DNA of 63,910 nucleotides, the filler included, from Neoconidiobolus thromboides FSU 785 (taxonomy: Eukaryota; Fungi; Entomophthoromycota): assembly GCA_025603075.1 (NCBI GenBank). It is 6 parts of 6 records of this genome, joined end to end, with 100 filler letters (N's around TTAATTAATTAA, not from the genome) between each part and the next. Parts side by side here need not be neighbours in the genome. Positions count along the whole stretch, not along the records: positions 56,953 to 61,334 come from MU626788.1; positions 61,435 to 62,714 come from MU627001.1; positions 62,815 to 63,910 come from MU627040.1; 3 more parts are not named here. One strand, written 5' to 3'. Shown piece by piece: positions 58,811 through 63,910 of this stretch. The translations under genes and the position numbers were made by a program. The number at the start of each line of letters is the position of its first letter. The stretch's first letter is position 1. The notes under the pieces were generated by a model that saw only the letters and a list, made by a program, of their open reading frames with translations, was not told where the DNA came from and made no database searches.

Positions 58811-61463
58811 ATATGCAAGAGATTGTTTAATCGACTTAATCTTTACAGAGCTTTTATTTAAAAAGTTCACAAAAATTAATATATGGGCAGATACAGGAAA
58901 CCGAAACCATTTTAGATCCCAAGAGTTCCTACATTATATGTTTAAAGAAATTCATAAAATAAATAGTAGGTTGAATGCTAATTTTAATTTTTTTGCTGAG
59001 CATCATGTAAAAAGTCTAGTTGATGGACATTTTGGAAACCTTTCAAAACGGAAAAGTAGTTTTGAAGCGTTAGATAAAATAGAAGATATCAATCAATTAG
59101 TTTCAAGATTTGAGGCTTTTATTTGCGAGCATAATAAAATTAATAACTCGACTGTTAATAATGTGAAAACAGATACAATTTTTAAAAAGTATAAAAGAAA
59201 CAAAAATATAAAAAGAATAATAGAGATGCAGGGCATTAAGAAGTATTTACACTTTATTAAATATAACAATAAACTACATTGTTACCCAGTATCCGATACA
59301 TCAAAAAAAAGCGATATAGTTTCAATTAAAGTTATAGAGTCTATAGAAAATAGAAAAATTAAAAGATCAATCCCAGCTTACCTTACGAAGATAACAGAAA
59401 ATTTAAAAATTTCGATATTTACTAAGCAAGTAAGTAGTTTGTTAAATGATAGAAATAGATTATTAAATATTACTTAAGCTACTAATAACTAAGTTAATAA
59501 ATAGTCAAAGAACAAGTAACTGTAATAATATGTAAAAACTATTATTACTTGTACTATATAGGGATGATTAATTATAGTTTTGGGGCTAACCACTCCCTCC
59601 CATCCAGCTATTTGTTAACTTGGCAATATATTAATAATGTAATTATAATATTAAAATAGTTTATTTATTTGATAGCAAATCTACAATGTTGGTTATAAAG
59701 CAGTTGAAAATAAATATTTCTCAATAAAGTTTTATAACAATATGTATTTAAGATCTAGTAGAAATTCAACTAACTTATAGTATAAACTATAATAGAATGA
59801 TTTAGAACTATGTCTAAGTACTTTTGTCTTAATAAAAGATTTGATTTTATAGAATTTTAAGCGAAGTTTTTAAAACACAAAATTTTTCAAAAATTGGATA
59901 AAATAATGAAACTAATTCAGACAACCCCATGGAGCTTAAGTTTTATATCTAGATTGTCTTTAAGCCCAGATTATTTAGCCTATTTTTATTCCAATTTCTT
60001 TGGCTAACGTTAATTTTCCAAGTGTAATGATAATTATTCTTTTAATATTTTTGTAATACCTTTTTAAACATGTAAAAATATTAAAATTTTTTAATTAAAA
60101 AGACTTCAAATAAAACGAATCTCTAAAATTATATCATTAAAATCATATTTAACATGAAAACTACAATATTTATCTTACATATTAGAATATCTCAAAAATT
60201 GATATTGAACCAAAATCTATTTTACATTGTTTCTCCTCTTTTGATGCTCCTCTTTTCAAAGCGTTTATACCAGAAGTTTACCATGAACTAGAAGCTCCTA
60301 CTATGGATACCATTTTCCATTCTTGTAAAGGCTACTCACCTTCTGGTTTTTTTGTAAATTTCTATATGGTAACTTATTTACACTAATTATTTTGAAATAG
60401 TATACATATATTATAAATAACATGTATATTAATTGTAATCCAAAAATAACTTATAAATCTGTTGATTTATATATTTCAAATAATTATATAAGTATTTTTT
60501 AGTCAAATCTCAATAATGAGACAATTTTTTGAATTTTTTACTTCAAGTGTGTTTGATTATTCAAGTTTTGACTAAGTATTTTTAATAAATTAATATACTG
60601 TAAAACAATATAGACCTTTTTAAAAAAATACTATTTACAGTAAATGATAAAACTGCGAGTTATAATGTCAAGTTCAAGAACCTCTGATTTAAAATAATGA
60701 GTTAAATTTTCTAATTTATTTGAACTTAAGTTTCTGAATTTTACAGGGCCAGATAAAAGTAAAGTAAAAAAACAAATATCTTCCTAACTTTCATATTAAA
60801 ACAATTCCGGAAATTGAATCTTGAATAGAAACTAGCCCATATAGATTGATATGTTTTATTACTTGATAAGCTAGAATACAACGAGTACTAATCAAACTTG
60901 TTCTATTTTCTCATTTTTAAAAATTTCTACAGTAAGAACCCATGAATTTCGCTTTAATTCTCTTTATCAAGAATTAAAAAAACCGGCAGAATGATGTATT
61001 ACAATAAGAGCTTTCTAAACCCAAGTTAAAAAATGGATAGTATATAAGCGAAATAAATGACTTCAAAGTAATTTACAAACTTTTGAATAAGAATTATGGA
61101 TTTATATCTTTTACACAGTGGTAATCAAGAAAATTATCATTTTTCACCATATTGTATACGTATCCAAATGGCTATAAAACATAAAGTAACACTTGTTTTT
61201 GTTAATTATCCTAAATATTGAATATCTTTTTAGAATCTTGATTTCAATGAGGTTAAATTAACTTTTAAGGATGTTAATGATACTATATTAAATCTAACGT
61301 AATAAATAAATAAGCTGTTAATATTTAGTATTAANNNNNNNNNNNNNNNNNNNNNNNNNNNNNNNNNNNNNNNNNNNNTTAATTAATTAANNNNNNNNNN
61401 NNNNNNNNNNNNNNNNNNNNNNNNNNNNNNNNNNTTTTATATTTATATTTATACTCAATTTAG

Positions 61464-62714
61464 TTTGATGATGGTAGGTTGGGGTGGTAACAATGGTTCT
61501 ACTCTTACTGCTTCTATCATTGCTAATCGTAAGGATATGAAATGGATGACTAAAGAAGGAGAAAAATCTAGTAATTATTTCGGTTCTTTAGTTATGGCAT
61601 CTACCCTTAAAATTGGTATTGATGAAGAAGGTAAAGATGTATTTATTCCATTTAATGATTTACTTCCAATGGTCCACCCAAATGATTTAGTTTTGGGTGG
61701 ATGGGATATTTCAAATTTTAATCTCGCTCAAGCTATGGAAAGAGCTCAAGTATTAGATTATGATTTACAATCCAAATTAAAAGAAGAACTTTCAAGTCTC
61801 AAACCATTACCATCCATTTATTATCCTGATTTTATTGCTGCTAATCAAGGAGAACGTGCTAATAATGTACTTCCAGGTAATAATAAATGGGAACATTTGG
61901 AAAAGATTCGTTCGGATATTCGTAATTTCAAACAAGATAATGGACTTGATAAAGTTATTGTTATTTGGACTGCTAATACTGAACGTTTTGCCAGTATCAT
62001 CCCAGGTGTCAATGATACCGCTGATAATCTTTTACAAGCTGTTAAAAATAGTCATGAAGAAATTTCTCCATCCACTATCTTTGCTCTTGCTTCCATTATG
62101 GAAAATACTCCATTCATTAATGGTTCTCCACAAAATACATTTGTACCAGGCTGTGTTGAATTTGCTGAAAAGAACCGTGTTCATATTGGTGGTGATGATT
62201 TTAAGAGTGGACAAACTAAAGTCAAATCTGTATTAGTTGACTTTTTAGTTAATGCAGGTATTAAACCTACTTCTATTACTAGTTATAATCATTTAGGTAA
62301 CAATGATGGTATGAATCTCTCTGCTCCACAACAATTTCGTTCCAAAGAAATCTCAAAAAGTAATGTAGTCGATGATATGGTAGCTGCCAATAGAATTCTT
62401 TATAAGAAAAATGAACATCCAGATCATGTAGTAGTTATTAAGTATGTACCTAATGTAGGTGATTCTAAACGTGCTTTAGATGAATATGTTAGTGAAATTT
62501 TTATGGGTGGTAAGAACACTATTTCTTTATATAATACTTGTGAAGATTCTTTACTTGCTTCTCCACTTATTATTGATCTTGTTGTGATTACTGAACTTAT
62601 GACTCGTATCCAATTTAAGACTGATGAAATCACTGAATTTGCTCCTTTCCATTCAGTTCTTTCTATCTTATCTTATATGCTTAAGGCTCCTATGGTTCCT
62701 CCTGGTACCGCTGT
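61464..62714 (+). CDS. INO1: Inositol-3-phosphate synthase (partial; gaps on both sides)
   Basis: [18 protein letters not shown]-like [38 protein letters not shown]; the exon starts after a TAG acceptor at 61463. Confidence 0.96.
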
Positions 62715-63910
62715 NNNNNNNNNNNNNNNNNNNNNNNNNNNNNNNNNNNNNNNNNNNNTTAATTAATTAANNNNNNNNNNNNNNNNNNNNNNNNNNNNNN
62801 NNNNNNNNNNNNNNTCTGAGTCAGAATATTTGAAATATAGTTTTATATTCAATAGTTTAATTATGATGCTTTTTAAAATAACTCAGTAAGGCAAGCAATA
62901 AATAGCATATCAGAATAATACGTTTATTAACAATAAAATATCCATATTAGATAAATATTTTGAGTTTTTAGCAATGATAGAGTTTTATTAACCCTTCCCA
63001 CATTATTTCAATTTAACAACCGTTGCAACTATTTTAAAATCTAATTAATTGCTTATATAGAAAAATAATTATTTAAAACTCAGCTAGAATACAAGAACCA
63101 GGCTTCAAATATCGACTATAAGAACTTAATTATTAAAATACCGTTAAAGTATTTGTAAAAGAGTTGCAACAGCTGAAATTTCGAAAACTGGTCTAATAAT
63201 TTAGCTAACATACATTGTGCTTGAGAGACACTCCTAGTGAATTAGGAAAGTAAACTTTGGTATCTAAGAGGTACTTCCTGTAGGTAAGTAGCAAAAAAAC
63301 ATCAGGCCTTGATTTCATACCAGAGATACGAAGATGGCGATGACCATCTTATTTAATAAAAGGTTTACACAGAATTATCACCTCAACTTCTCATCCACTT
63401 TTAAGTGCTTAAAATATTTAAAATAGGCCAAGTCCTAGTCAAAAAACATACCAACGTAGTATATAAATATGAAAACCAGAAATGATGTGCTTACATTTAT
63501 ATCGAAATCTCTATTTTTTACGAAATATCTGATCAAACTTGTACTGAAGCTAATACTGAAAGTAAAATATCAATCAATTCTATCTGAAAATAACATACAG
63601 ATCAAACTCTATATATGGCATTTGGAATAAATAAACTTTCCCTCTACTCATATCGTATCAATGATCCTCGAGTTGAGAAAATCACAAGAAGAGTATCACC
63701 TTTGTATCTTAGTAACTACTCCCCCTTCTTTGATATTTTAAATTATTCCTATATTACTATTTTATTTCATAAAACATCAGCTATTTGCCACATTCCATAA
63801 TTACGATTAATTACGTAATCTATTTGGAAAGTTTGGCTGTTTAATAATATAAATAAAAGGCAAATCTTTACTTTTTCTTATTTTTTAAATGAAATTAACA
63901 GAGTTGCCTA

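Larger units (their letters stand above)
57652..59477 (+). pseudogene. Transposase pseudogene
   Basis: KTDLCNIC, LDFKQN, IWADTG..HFRSQE and FFAEHHVKSLVDGHFG. 58112-59477 becomes one open frame once both MITEs are removed; the 5' part has stops and frameshifts. Confidence 0.88.
57370..59928 (+). mobile_element. Formerly autonomous DNA transposon, Sola-like (DDD), ~2.56 kb including two MITEs
   Basis: Imperfect 22-bp TIRs (GAGGCTATCCTAATTGGTTTCA / reverse complement GGGGTTGTCTGAATTAGTTTCA); flanks ATGA/ATGG; internal transposase. Confidence 0.75.

Noticed and set aside
58446-58814. TA target duplication (Tc1/mariner-type MITE)
   Set aside because: It fits ATAT sites, but copies flanked by AAAT, ATTT and AATT on both sides require a 4-bp TSD.
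60190-60370. Coding-like patch (FDAPLFKAFIPEVYHELEAP...)
   Set aside because: Too short and broken to assign; no recognisable motif.
23569-62814. TTAATTAATTAA palindrome inside N runs (5 times)
   Set aside because: Identical N44-12-N44 format with stops in all frames: an artificial scaffolding linker.
63615-63800. 61-aa ORF near the window end
   Set aside because: No motif or splice support; possibly a TE remnant.

Overview
Very AT-rich eukaryotic scaffold with short GT-AG introns and five artificial 100-nt gap linkers. It is fungal; an early-diverging, Entomophthorales/Zoopagomycota-like origin is my inference. The left ~35 kb is gene-dense and mostly housekeeping: CCCH protein, MAM33, Cdc25-like RasGEF, Cu-ATPase, ELYS-like protein, eIF2B-epsilon, ODC antizyme with a +1 frameshift, PIG-U and TRM82. 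The right ~26 kb is gene-poor and repeat-rich, with secreted-protein genes, a C2H2 factor and partial INO1. The most striking structure is one transposon system seen at three stages. (i) A ~2.56-kb Sola-like DDD element lies at 57370-59928, with further decayed copies elsewhere. (ii) A ~99-bp MITE with matching GGGGWTGT ends and a 4-bp duplication occurs about 22 times, twice inside the transposase itself. (iii) Two tandem intact ORFs (27941-30793) appear to have captured the N-terminal, putative DNA-binding part of the same transposase. Family names come from motif recognition only; no database search was run.
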